Source of the DNA: a virus
Length of the DNA stretch: 33,334 bases
Direction: 5' to 3' (one strand)
Virus record (IMG/VR): IMGVR_UViG_3300032212_000106
Location: 1 to 33,334 of that record
The translations under genes were made by a program, and so were the position numbers. Below are positions 6,026 to 14,070 of this stretch, in pieces (the stretch's first letter is position 1; each line of letters begins with the position of its first letter). Under the pieces are notes generated by a model. It did not search any database and had not been told where the DNA came from. It saw only the letters and a list, made by a program, of their open reading frames with translations.

Positions 6026-6578
6026 ATGCAGACACAACGTACCCTACGGTCACAAGTGTAGGAGTTGCGACATGACAACATGGAAAAAGAATATGGATAA
6101 CAATAACGTACATTTTAGTAGTAAGAGTGATGAATGGGAAACACCAGATGAATTTTTTGATCAGTTAAACGATGAGTTTAAGTTTGATGCTGACTTATGT
6201 TGCACGGAGCAAAACAGTAAGTGCGAATTATGGGTTAACAAGTTAGAAAATTTTGTGGGGTTTATTAAAGAAGGGTATTACAAAAAACATAAAACGTACT
6301 GGATGAACCCACCCTATAGCCGTGGCTTACAAAAAGAAATGGTGGGGTATGCACAAGAGCTATCAACACTCGGTAAAACCGTTGTGTGTTTATTGCCAGC
6401 ACGAACCGATACAAAGCTATGGCATGAGTTTATTTGGGATGGTGCAACACACAAACCCAGAACAGGTGTTGAGGTTCGGTTGATTAAGGGGCGTATTAAG
6501 TTTGAGCTGAATGGTGTAACCAAAGACCCAGCGCCGTTTCCAAGTGCAATAGTGATTTTTCACGCCTGTAATGTATGA
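6015..6578 (+). CDS. dam: phage-type DNA N6-adenine methyltransferase (Dam family)
   Basis: The FSSKSDEWETPDEFF...FDADLC...YWMNPPYS...LLPARTDTKLWHEFI layout matches the phage Dam (T1/P1-type) family with the NPPY catalytic motif. The exact start is uncertain (6015, 6072 or 6093). Confidence 0.85.
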   Translation: MPDRCRHNVPYGHKCRSCDMTTWKKNMDNNNVHFSSKSDEWETPDEFFDQLNDEFKFDADLCCTEQNSKCELWVNKLENFVGFIKEGYYKKHKTYWMNPPYSRGLQKEMVGYAQELSTLGKTVVCLLPARTDTKLWHEFIWDGATHKPRTGVEVRLIKGRIKFELNGVTKDPAPFPSAIVIFHACNV

Positions 6579-6682
6579 AATATTTGGAGAAAAAAGAACA
6601 GGGTATATGGTGGAAGGCAACTATATAACCCACCCCAACACAGTAAGAGCGATAAAAATAGCAATCGCTAAAGGTGAATAGT

Positions 6683-6895
6683 ATGGGCGATAAGGTGGTT
6701 TATTTAAACCGAGAACCGGCAGAAGGGAGTAAGGAATATTCAGGAAGGCTTGCTTGCGAATGTAGAAATAAAACCTTTGTTGTCGATTATATGGACGAGG
6801 TTTCATTCCCTGTCATTAAGTGTGCAAGCTGTGGGCAACATATAGGCAAGATTGGGTGGGCAAATAAAGATGAGGATAATAACAATGAAAAATGA
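6683..6895 (+). CDS. small zinc-ribbon protein (70 aa)
   Basis: CEC....(21)..CASC cysteine pairs. ATG 6683 lies directly after the second copy of the junction repeat. Confidence 0.6.
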   Translation: MGDKVVYLNREPAEGSKEYSGRLACECRNKTFVVDYMDEVSFPVIKCASCGQHIGKIGWANKDEDNNNEK

Positions 6896-7238
6896 GCAAG
6901 GTTATAATCAAGTAAGGTTTGCTGGTGTCAGAATAAACCCAGAAAAAGGCTACCTAACCGATTTTGATAAAAAGATTCTCAGAGAGATTCTAGCGTCAAA
7001 GAATGAGGATATAGCCTCACGGGTATGGGTTAGGCGTGTTCACAGCAGATTAGCGGCGTTCTTTAGTTTGGACGATCAAATCATAAGCGACCAGACCGCA
7101 ATGGCTAGAAAGCGTTTAAAATACGCTGAGAAGCAGCAAACGGAGCGTATTAAGGCGGGTTCCATTGGTGCGCTGGCTGAAAAATTCCAATGTAAAGAAT
7201 ATTTAATTGAAAAACAGATAAATGAGTTTATGCAATGA
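6885..7238 (+). CDS. hypothetical protein (117 aa)
   Basis: ATG 6885 lies in the second copy of the AGGATAATAACAATG repeat. Alternative starts are 6852 and 6870. Confidence 0.55.
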   Translation: MKNEQGYNQVRFAGVRINPEKGYLTDFDKKILREILASKNEDIASRVWVRRVHSRLAAFFSLDDQIISDQTAMARKRLKYAEKQQTERIKAGSIGALAEKFQCKEYLIEKQINEFMQ

Positions 7239-7567
7239 GGGAATCGGGTATCCAAACAGATATTATGTGTGCTCTAGGTGGTCACCAGAAAGTTGTGTGG
7301 TGTATGGTTGTGACCACTGGAATATTCAGGGTTAAGGGTGGTTATATCACTACAGGCCATTATATGACTGAGCACGAAAAGCAAAACACCGGAATGTCTG
7401 ACGTGATAGGTCAACTAATAGATGGGCGGTTTTTCTCTATTGAGGTAAAGAAGCCAAAAAAAGAACCAACAGAGGAGCAATACGCATTTTTGGACTTAGT
7501 GAGAAATAATAACGGCGTAAGCGGCTGGTGTGATTCAGTCGAGGGCGCGTTAAAAATAATTGATTAA
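7235..7567 (+). CDS. VRR-NUC domain nuclease
   Basis: GMSDVIGQLIDGRFFSIEVKKPKKEPTEEQYAFLDLVRNNNGVSGWCDSVEGAL fits the PD-(D/E)xK VRR-NUC pattern G.PD...(x)..IEVK....s..Q..f......G.......s.eea. Confidence 0.7.
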   Translation: MRESGIQTDIMCALGGHQKVVWCMVVTTGIFRVKGGYITTGHYMTEHEKQNTGMSDVIGQLIDGRFFSIEVKKPKKEPTEEQYAFLDLVRNNNGVSGWCDSVEGALKIID

Positions 7568-7588
7568 TGTAAATTAATACCGTAAAGT
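7560..7588 (+). promoter_or_regulatory. predicted rightward promoter TTGATT-17-TAAAGT with a GTAAAGTA box
   Basis: TTGATT at 7560-7565, a 17-nt spacer, TAAAGT at 7583-7588. A partner box GTAAATT sits at 7569-7575. Confidence 0.45.
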
Positions 7589-7644
7589 AATAAGATGAAG
7601 CAAAGAGTATTGCTAAAGCAAGCTGATTTAGATAGGACTGCAAA

Positions 7645-7977
7645 ATGAAAGAGTTTATATCTGAGGATGAAATAGAAAAAGCGATAAACTATTTAAGTTC
7701 TAGCGCAAAGGATTATGCTAAATGGAAGTCCAGAATGAAATTTTTGGAGAACCATAGAAAATCAGTTAGAGCGGCAGAAGTTCTCAGGGCTACAGGAAAA
7801 ACGATGGCCGAAAACAAAGAGCGCGGCGAAGCGTCAACAGCATATAAGAATGTGCTTATAGAATATAATGAAGCGGTCTATGAGTTCACTTTAATCGAGG
7901 CGTACAGAAACGCAGCAGAAAGCAAGATTGAAGCATGGCGAACGATAAGCAGCTCAAATAAGCGTGGTCACGTATAA
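7645..7977 (+). CDS. hypothetical helical protein (110 aa)
   Basis: First ORF after the predicted promoter. Confidence 0.65.
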   Translation: MKEFISEDEIEKAINYLSSSAKDYAKWKSRMKFLENHRKSVRAAEVLRATGKTMAENKERGEASTAYKNVLIEYNEAVYEFTLIEAYRNAAESKIEAWRTISSSNKRGHV

Positions 7978-8233
7978 GGAGTTAAGCAATGAGCTATATA
8001 ACACAATTATGACGGCTATGCGCCCAAAATGCGTATATCGCCCAGCAGATTTGGCAGAATCAACACATATTCCAGTAAAGGACGTTAGTCGATGCTTGAA
8101 GATGCTAGAAAAAAGCGGAATGGTTGAGTCAACTAACACAGAAGAATATCGAAGAAAAAACTCTATACAACAAAGCAAAAGAGTTTGTTTTAAATGGATA
8201 AAAGGCCGAGACATTACGCGGCGGAAATTATAA
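7964..8233 (+). CDS. winged-helix (MarR-like) DNA-binding protein
   Basis: YRPADLAESTHIPVKDVSRCLKMLEKSGMVES is a typical wHTH recognition segment. The start is ambiguous (GTG 7964 or ATG 8009). Confidence 0.55.
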   Translation: MVTYKELSNELYNTIMTAMRPKCVYRPADLAESTHIPVKDVSRCLKMLEKSGMVESTNTEEYRRKNSIQQSKRVCFKWIKGRDITRRKL

Positions 8234-8262
8234 GCGAACCCAGCAGAGAAAAAAGGAAAGAA

Positions 8263-8358
8263 ATGCTGGGCAAAGTTCCTAATATATTTAGGGAGTGGGT
8301 TAGAGATATAGTTGTGTGTACATTTGAAATAAGGCTAAAACAAAGGAAAAGCCAATGA
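8263..8358 (+). CDS. small hypothetical ORF (31 aa)
   Basis: An AAGGAAAG SD lies upstream. The stop overlaps the next ATG (ATGA). Confidence 0.3.
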   Translation: MLGKVPNIFREWVRDIVVCTFEIRLKQRKSQ

Positions 8359-8435
8359 TTAAACGATTCCCAACAACAAAGAACCCGCTAGATTACAATT
8401 TAGGCGAAAACAAAGGCCATGCTAGTTATATGTAA
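8355..8435 (+). CDS. small hypothetical ORF (26 aa)
   Basis: Coupled to the previous small ORF by an ATGA overlap. Confidence 0.25.
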   Translation: MIKRFPTTKNPLDYNLGENKGHASYM

Positions 8436-8496
8436 GATAGATTAAGAGCTGGGGCAGAGGCGCACTTTAAAGAGGTTGAGAATAGGGAGCGTAAAA

Positions 8497-8679
8497 ATGG
8501 AAAATGTAATTAATTTGACAGATTATAAGGTAAAAAAGATTCTAGGCAGTATGAGCGATATAGTGCTGGACGATAAAAAGCGAAACAGGATTTTAAATGA
8601 TATAAAGAAATGTAAGCAAGAATATTCAGACAGGGAAACCCTAAAACGGGCGCTTGATGATGTTATGGGAAATAAGTGA
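8497..8679 (+). CDS. hypothetical protein (60 aa)
   Basis: ATG 8497 is preceded by GGGAGCG. Confidence 0.55.
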   Translation: MENVINLTDYKVKKILGSMSDIVLDDKKRNRILNDIKKCKQEYSDRETLKRALDDVMGNK

Positions 8680-8715
8680 TATTTTGTGTTAAGCTTAACA
8701 ATAAAAGGAGATGAT

Positions 8716-8895
8716 ATGACTGATAAATTTTGTAAAGACTGCTTAAGTTTTAAGGACACTAAGCCGTTACCTACTTGTGGTAGCAGTAAATTAAAAGACC
8801 TAGTGAAAGGCGGCGATAAAAGAACGTGCTTAGTTGAGAGATTAGATGGAATTGGCTACTGCGGGTCATACGCAACCAATTTTAAACCTAAATAA
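8716..8895 (+). CDS. small Cys-rich protein (59 aa)
   Basis: ATG 8716 lies 5 nt after AAGGAG. It contains C..C and C....C pairs. Confidence 0.55.
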   Translation: MTDKFCKDCLSFKDTKPLPTCGSSKLKDLVKGGDKRTCLVERLDGIGYCGSYATNFKPK

Positions 8896-8913
8896 AAAAG
8901 CGAGCTGTTAAAA

Positions 8914-9235
8914 ATGATCGTCACTCAAGCCAAACTAAAAGAAGCATTGAGTTACAACGTTGAAACAGGCGTTTTTACGTGGAATATATCTAAGGTGGGC
9001 GTAAAAAAAGGAAGTAGGGCGGAGTGTGCTGGTCGAGGATATGTTTTAATTAGAATTAACGATCAGCTTTATCGTGCTCACCGCCTCGTATGGCTTTATG
9101 TTTATGGTGTTTGGCCGAACACGATTGACCATATAAACCATGATAGAAGGGTGCTTTGATGATAAGTTTGAGGCTATTTGTGCAAGGCTATCCGCAAATA
9201 ATAAGTACGGTTTCCACGGGAACCACGGCAGATGA
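8914..9235 (+). pseudogene. HNH-AP2 homing-endonuclease-like gene with its core deleted (N-terminal fragment plus frameshifted C-terminal tail)
   Basis: 8914..9159 ends ...GYVLIRINDQLYRAHRLVWLYVYGVWPNTIDHINHDRRVL*, stopping just after the DH of the HNH motif. The +1 frame over 9149..9235 reads GCFDDKFEAICARLSANNKYGFHGNHGR*, which looks like the extreme C-terminus of the same family. Confidence 0.6.
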
Positions 9236-9498
9236 ATAAAGCCGACAAACTTATTCAAGAATGTATCGACCAACTGGCAGATGATAGGGTTGATGCTGGC
9301 GTTGAGGCCCTTTACGAACTTGCTACTATGTGGAAATCAGCAGGAGTGAGTAGAGACTCATTTGGTGATATTTGCAGCTATATTGAGAAAGAAGCAACAA
9401 AGAAATCAGACGAAACATTTGTACAAATGAAAATACACAACGCCCTTATAAGAGTAAGGGAAAAGAAAAGCGGCACTAAGTTTGTAGGTGTACATTAA
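9232..9498 (+). CDS. hypothetical protein (88 aa)
   Basis: The ORF starts in an ATGA overlap with the HNH tail frame. Confidence 0.65.
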   Translation: MNKADKLIQECIDQLADDRVDAGVEALYELATMWKSAGVSRDSFGDICSYIEKEATKKSDETFVQMKIHNALIRVREKKSGTKFVGVH

Positions 9499-9647
9499 TG
9501 GACGCTCAAAAAATAGCTAATAAGGTTGCTTATGGTCGATTTAACATAAAGCAATTAACACCGGAATCTATATTAGAGCTTATTAATGTATTAGCAGATA
9601 GAGTAAACCATCTTGAAAAACAGATAGACGAAATGAGGGTAAAATGA
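9498..9647 (+). CDS. small hypothetical protein (49 aa)
   Basis: MDAQKIANKVAYGRFNIKQLTPESILELINVLADRVNHLEKQIDEMRVK. It has a TAATG overlap upstream and an ATGA overlap downstream. Confidence 0.45.
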   Translation: MDAQKIANKVAYGRFNIKQLTPESILELINVLADRVNHLEKQIDEMRVK

Positions 9648-9964
9648 CAAAAAAAGCGTCAGGAAACAGCAGGGCAGCCCAAAATAAAAAGATACGACAA
9701 GAAGCCCTGAGAGAGCAGTTATCAAGCCAAAAGCATGTTGAGCATGTTATTGATATTGCTAAAAAACTGTCTGATCCCAATAATGAGATGGAAAGCACCG
9801 ATATACAACGGTATAAAGCAGCAGCAGACATCAAGCTAAAACTAATTAATAAATACTTACCAGACTTAAAAGCAGTTGAGTTGTCTACAGATGAAGACAA
9901 TCCTTTAATTATGTACGCAGCAGAGTTACACAGATTTGACGGTAGCACAGATGCAGACCCATAA
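9644..9964 (+). CDS. putative terminase small subunit
   Basis: A 106-aa protein with a basic N-terminus, immediately upstream of and overlapping TerL. The call is mainly positional. Confidence 0.5.
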   Translation: MTKKASGNSRAAQNKKIRQEALREQLSSQKHVEHVIDIAKKLSDPNNEMESTDIQRYKAAADIKLKLINKYLPDLKAVELSTDEDNPLIMYAAELHRFDGSTDADP

Positions 9965-11417
9965 AGCGATAATTAAACCGCAAGGACGGGTACTACAAGA
10001 GTATTTTGATAGTACTGCCCCAGTTCAGATTATTATCGGGCCATTAGGAAGCGGCAAAACAATACAAACCTGCGTAAAAATACCCGAAATAATGAGGCAT
10101 CAAACCCCAAACAGTAAAGGGGAGAGGCTAACCAGGTTTATTGCTGCCCGTAATACTTACTCTGAGTTATTCACTACCACCATAAAAGATTGGTTAGAGT
10201 GTAATGATTATCTGGGCGATAGAAGCATAAACGGCAACGGGTTTAACCAAGGTGGAAAAAAACCACCAACACACACACTAAAATTCATGCTAGAAGATGG
10301 CACAACGGTAATGTCAGAAATGATTTTTATTGCGTTTGATAGACCCGATCACGTTAAAAAAGCCAGAGGGATACAGGCTACAGGTATTTGGCTAAATGAA
10401 ACAAAAGAGCTATCAAAGGCCGTTGTCGATATACTTGATTTACGTCATGGGCGCTATCCAAGCAAAAAGAACGGGGTTACTCCAACTTGGCATGGTATGT
10501 TGGGGGATACAAACGCGCCAGACGAAGACCATTGGCTATATAGGTTAGCAGAGGAAGAAAAACCGAAAGATTGGGTAATATTTAAACAGCCTGGCGGTGT
10601 AATTAATATTGGTGGTAAATGGCTAATAAATCCTAATGCAGAAAATACGGCGAACCTACCGAAAGATTATTATACTCGAGGAGTACAGGGGAAGGCTGAT
10701 GACTGGATTCACGTTAATTTAGCCAATGAATACGGGTTTGTAAGCACAGGAAAGCCAGTACATCCTCGATATGTTGATTCTGTTCACTGCCAAGATTTAG
10801 ATTTTACGCCAGATATAAATACAGAGATTATACTTGGCTTTGATTTTGGGAGAACCCCAGCATGTGCCTTTTTACAGCCAACCTCTGTCGGTGGTTGGGT
10901 TTGTTTTGATGAGTTTCTTGCTGTTGATATGAGCGCTCTATCTTTTGCTCCAGAATTAAAAAAATATTTAGCGGCGAATTATCCAGGCTACAGGATAAAG
11001 GGGTGGGGCGATCCATCAGGCGGAAACAAGGGACAAGGAACAGATGACACACCAGTAGGAATATTGAACGCCCAAGGGATAAATTGTAGAAAGACAGCAA
11101 CTAACGATCCACTAGTAAGGCGTAGCGCAGTAGAATCTCCATTGCGTGAGGTCGGCATGGATGGGAAACCAAGGTTAATGGTGCTACCAAAATGCAAGAT
11201 GATAAGAAAAGGTCTTGCTGGTGGTTTCACATACAGGCGAGTCCAGGTATCAGGCGGGGAAAGATACCACGACGAGCCAGATAAGAATGAGTATTCGCAT
11301 CCAGTAGAGGCGTTAGAATACGGCTTACAAGGCGAGGGCGAAGGGCGAGAGATTCTAAAGCCAAAAAATACATATACTCAACCTATTGTAATGAATAACG
11401 CTTTTAACGTGTTCTAA
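9936..11417 (+). CDS. terL: terminase large subunit
   Basis: Walker A is IIIGPLGSGKT and the Walker B-like segment is GIWLNETKE. The nuclease-domain motifs are ILGFDFGRTPA and YSHPVEALEY. Confidence 0.9.
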   Translation: MTVAQMQTHKAIIKPQGRVLQEYFDSTAPVQIIIGPLGSGKTIQTCVKIPEIMRHQTPNSKGERLTRFIAARNTYSELFTTTIKDWLECNDYLGDRSINGNGFNQGGKKPPTHTLKFMLEDGTTVMSEMIFIAFDRPDHVKKARGIQATGIWLNETKELSKAVVDILDLRHGRYPSKKNGVTPTWHGMLGDTNAPDEDHWLYRLAEEEKPKDWVIFKQPGGVINIGGKWLINPNAENTANLPKDYYTRGVQGKADDWIHVNLANEYGFVSTGKPVHPRYVDSVHCQDLDFTPDINTEIILGFDFGRTPACAFLQPTSVGGWVCFDEFLAVDMSALSFAPELKKYLAANYPGYRIKGWGDPSGGNKGQGTDDTPVGILNAQGINCRKTATNDPLVRRSAVESPLREVGMDGKPRLMVLPKCKMIRKGLAGGFTYRRVQVSGGERYHDEPDKNEYSHPVEALEYGLQGEGEGREILKPKNTYTQPIVMNNAFNVF

Positions 11418-11833
11418 TGTTCCACAAACCTAAAACACACAGCCTATTAGAATCTCAACACCTTGTCGGCCTATCTCATAAACGGGTTTACCTCGTTTAC
11501 GAGGACAAAGAATGTCACTGGTGGTCTAAATTGCTGAAATCTGGCTATAAACATGTATATGCCATCACTTTTAATGGATTATTCTGGATTAAAGTGGATT
11601 TTCTGTTAGGTTTTACTGATATAGATGTATTATGCTATGATAACCGAGACACCATAAAAGACGTATTGAAAGGACACAAAGTGAAAACTCAATATGTCGA
11701 AGTATGGCGGAAACCGAGATACCGCAGTTTATTTGGTTTATATTCGTGTGTTGAAGCGATGAAAGCCTTGTTAGGGATTAAAGCGCCTTGGATTATAACC
11801 CCGTATCAACTACATAAATATTTGAGGAAATAA
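11417..11833 (+). CDS. hypothetical protein (138 aa)
   Basis: The ORF starts at the TerL stop (TAATG). Confidence 0.7.
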   Translation: MFHKPKTHSLLESQHLVGLSHKRVYLVYEDKECHWWSKLLKSGYKHVYAITFNGLFWIKVDFLLGFTDIDVLCYDNRDTIKDVLKGHKVKTQYVEVWRKPRYRSLFGLYSCVEAMKALLGIKAPWIITPYQLHKYLRK

Positions 11834-11835
11834 TC

Positions 11836-12024
11836 ATGGGTAAGTTTATTGAACCAGAACAACAAAAAACGGAAGCAAAGGCAGATGCGCGGCAGAGCGC
11901 GGAAATAAAAAAATTAGATAAGCAAGAAGCTCAGAGAGTATCAGCTTTAAAGCGTAAACGCAGAGGCAGAGCAAGCTTAATCTCTGGTTCTGAAACTGGC
12001 GTTAAAAGCGAGACATTAGGATAA
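11836..12024 (+). CDS. small basic hypothetical protein (62 aa)
   Basis: ORF with a KRKRRGRASLISGSETG segment. Confidence 0.6.
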   Translation: MGKFIEPEQQKTEAKADARQSAEIKKLDKQEAQRVSALKRKRRGRASLISGSETGVKSETLG

Positions 12025-12248
12025 TGGACGGCGCAGACGCAATTGAGAATCTTCGAGATGTATCTCATCATGAGAACTGCCTAAATAGATCGACAGGAGA
12101 GCACCCTGGCGTAACCTACGCTCCATCCGTGAATAAGTGGAGAGCAAGGTTGTACCGTAAAGGCATAAATTACGAGCTGGGAAATTATTACAGCAAAGAC
12201 TTAGCTATAGAGGCTAGAGGTTTTGCTGAGGAGATTTATCATGGATAA
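12024..12248 (+). CDS. HNH-AP2 endonuclease C-terminal fragment (lacks the N-terminal domain and the DH histidine)
   Basis: MDGADAIENLRDVSHHENCLNRSTGEHPGVTYAPSVNKWRARLYRKGINYELGNYYSKDLAIEARGFAEEIYHG. This reads as the ENLR..HxxN half of an HNH_3 motif followed by an AP2-like GV.y....kW.A.i pattern. It is coupled to both neighbours. Confidence 0.65.
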   Translation: MDGADAIENLRDVSHHENCLNRSTGEHPGVTYAPSVNKWRARLYRKGINYELGNYYSKDLAIEARGFAEEIYHG

Positions 12249-13758
12249 ACTTGATGGCGCGCCACTTTTACGTCGTTTTAATGCGGCAAATGCCCGTAAG
12301 TCGTTATGGCTTGATGTGCTCCAACAATCGTATCAATACGCGCTCCCACAAAGAGAAGAATTTTACGGCAATCAACGAGAAGGCCAAAAAAAGAACGAAG
12401 AAGTATTCGACTCTACAGCTATCAATGGTCTTCAACAGTACGCCTCACGGATGCAAGCAACGCTTATGCCTCCTTGGAGAAAATGGGCTGTTTTAACACC
12501 AGGCCAAGAAGTTCCAGAAGAAGAACAAGACGCAGTAAAAGAAGGGCTTGAGAAAGCTACTGATGTTCTATTTACAACCTTTAATCATTCCCCTTTATCT
12601 ACTCAAGCACATGAGGCAATATTAGAATGTGGTGTTTCTACCGGCGCTCTGTTGTTTCAAGAGGGGGACGCAGACCAGCCTTTTAATATTACCGCTATTC
12701 CATTAGCACAGCTTGTACCAGAAGAAGGCCCAGACGGAACAATCGAAACTGTTTACCGTCAATGGGAGGTAGCGGGGCGATTAATCGAAAGACAATGGCC
12801 AGATGCTAAACTTTCGGGAACCTTACAGCAAAGCATAAAATCAAAGCCTGACACCAAACATACTATTATTGAGGGAACTATATTTAACCCCAAAACTAAA
12901 AAGTATGATTATAGAGTGATGATTAAAAAGGGCATGGAAATCATTGTAGAGCGCGAGGAAGACGTAAGCCCGTGGATTGTATTTAGAACCTCAGTAATGC
13001 CTGGTGAGATTTTAGGTCGTGGCCCTATCATGCAAGCATTGCCAGATATTCTCACAGCAAATAAGGTTGTAGAGTTCACATTACGCAGAGCCGCTATTGA
13101 TATTGGTGGTATTTATACTCATGTGAATGATGGTTCAATTAATCCTTATACTATCCAATTAGTGCCTAATTCCATCATACCAGTGGGCAGCAACACAAAC
13201 GAAAACCCAACATTACGCCGATTAGACACTGGAAACGGTATTGATGTTTCTCAAATTGTATTAGCAGACCTTCGAGCAAATATTAACGATGCCTTATTAA
13301 GTAATCAGTTAGGCCCTGTAGAAGGCCCCACCAAATCAGCCACAGAGATTAGTATTAGACAGCAAGAGCTAGTACAGACAGCGGGCGCGACATTTGGGCG
13401 ACTTCAAACTGAATTGCTTGAAAAAGTAGTTAGGCGCGGCGTGTACATTTTACAGCGGTTAGGTAAGATTCCAGAGTTTAAGGTTGATGGCAAAGAAGTG
13501 ACCTTGCGCTATGAAAGCCCGCTTGCTCGTGCTCAAGATGCAGAGGAAATTCAGAATATCACTAGATGGATTGAATTAGGTGGCGCGTTAGGCCCTGAAA
13601 TCTTTATGGGCGCGGCTAAAGTTGAGGATATTCCGAAAGAATTGGGTGAGTTATTAGGTGTCCCCGCTTCTTTAAGTCGTGATGACGCGGAAAAAGAACA
13701 GATAATGCAAATGGTTGCACAGTTAATTGCACAACAGCAGATGCCGCAAGAGGGATAA
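12241..13758 (+). CDS. portal (head-to-tail connector, T7 gp8-like)
   Basis: The N-terminus LLRRFNAANARKSLWLDVLQQSYQYALPQREEFY...EVFDSTAINGLQQYASRMQATLMPPWRKW matches the podovirus connector family pattern. ATG 12241 lies 6 nt after GAGGAG. Confidence 0.85.
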   Translation: MDKLDGAPLLRRFNAANARKSLWLDVLQQSYQYALPQREEFYGNQREGQKKNEEVFDSTAINGLQQYASRMQATLMPPWRKWAVLTPGQEVPEEEQDAVKEGLEKATDVLFTTFNHSPLSTQAHEAILECGVSTGALLFQEGDADQPFNITAIPLAQLVPEEGPDGTIETVYRQWEVAGRLIERQWPDAKLSGTLQQSIKSKPDTKHTIIEGTIFNPKTKKYDYRVMIKKGMEIIVEREEDVSPWIVFRTSVMPGEILGRGPIMQALPDILTANKVVEFTLRRAAIDIGGIYTHVNDGSINPYTIQLVPNSIIPVGSNTNENPTLRRLDTGNGIDVSQIVLADLRANINDALLSNQLGPVEGPTKSATEISIRQQELVQTAGATFGRLQTELLEKVVRRGVYILQRLGKIPEFKVDGKEVTLRYESPLARAQDAEEIQNITRWIELGGALGPEIFMGAAKVEDIPKELGELLGVPASLSRDDAEKEQIMQMVAQLIAQQQMPQEG

Positions 13759-14070
13759 ATGACACAAGCACAAGATATGGTAACAAACCTCAAAGGCTGG
13801 AAAGCTCTTGATATTGACTCTCAAGAAATGGGCACACTTAGAGCCGAGCAACAAACGCAAATCAAGAATATCAATGCAGATATGCGTGAGCTGTTTATGG
13901 ATTCAGAGCTAGGCAAGCGCGTATTAAATGTATTAATTGACTGGACGGTTAGACAGCCAGTAGCAAGACCAGAAAGCACAACACAAATGGCCTTTTTTAG
14001 AGAGGGTCAAAACGATATTGTCCGTTGTATTTTGGCGGCGTGTCACAATTCAGAAAAAGGAGATAAGTAA
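13759..14070 (+). CDS. conserved hypothetical head-module protein (103 aa)
   Basis: ORF lying between the portal and the scaffold. Confidence 0.7.
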   Translation: MTQAQDMVTNLKGWKALDIDSQEMGTLRAEQQTQIKNINADMRELFMDSELGKRVLNVLIDWTVRQPVARPESTTQMAFFREGQNDIVRCILAACHNSEKGDK

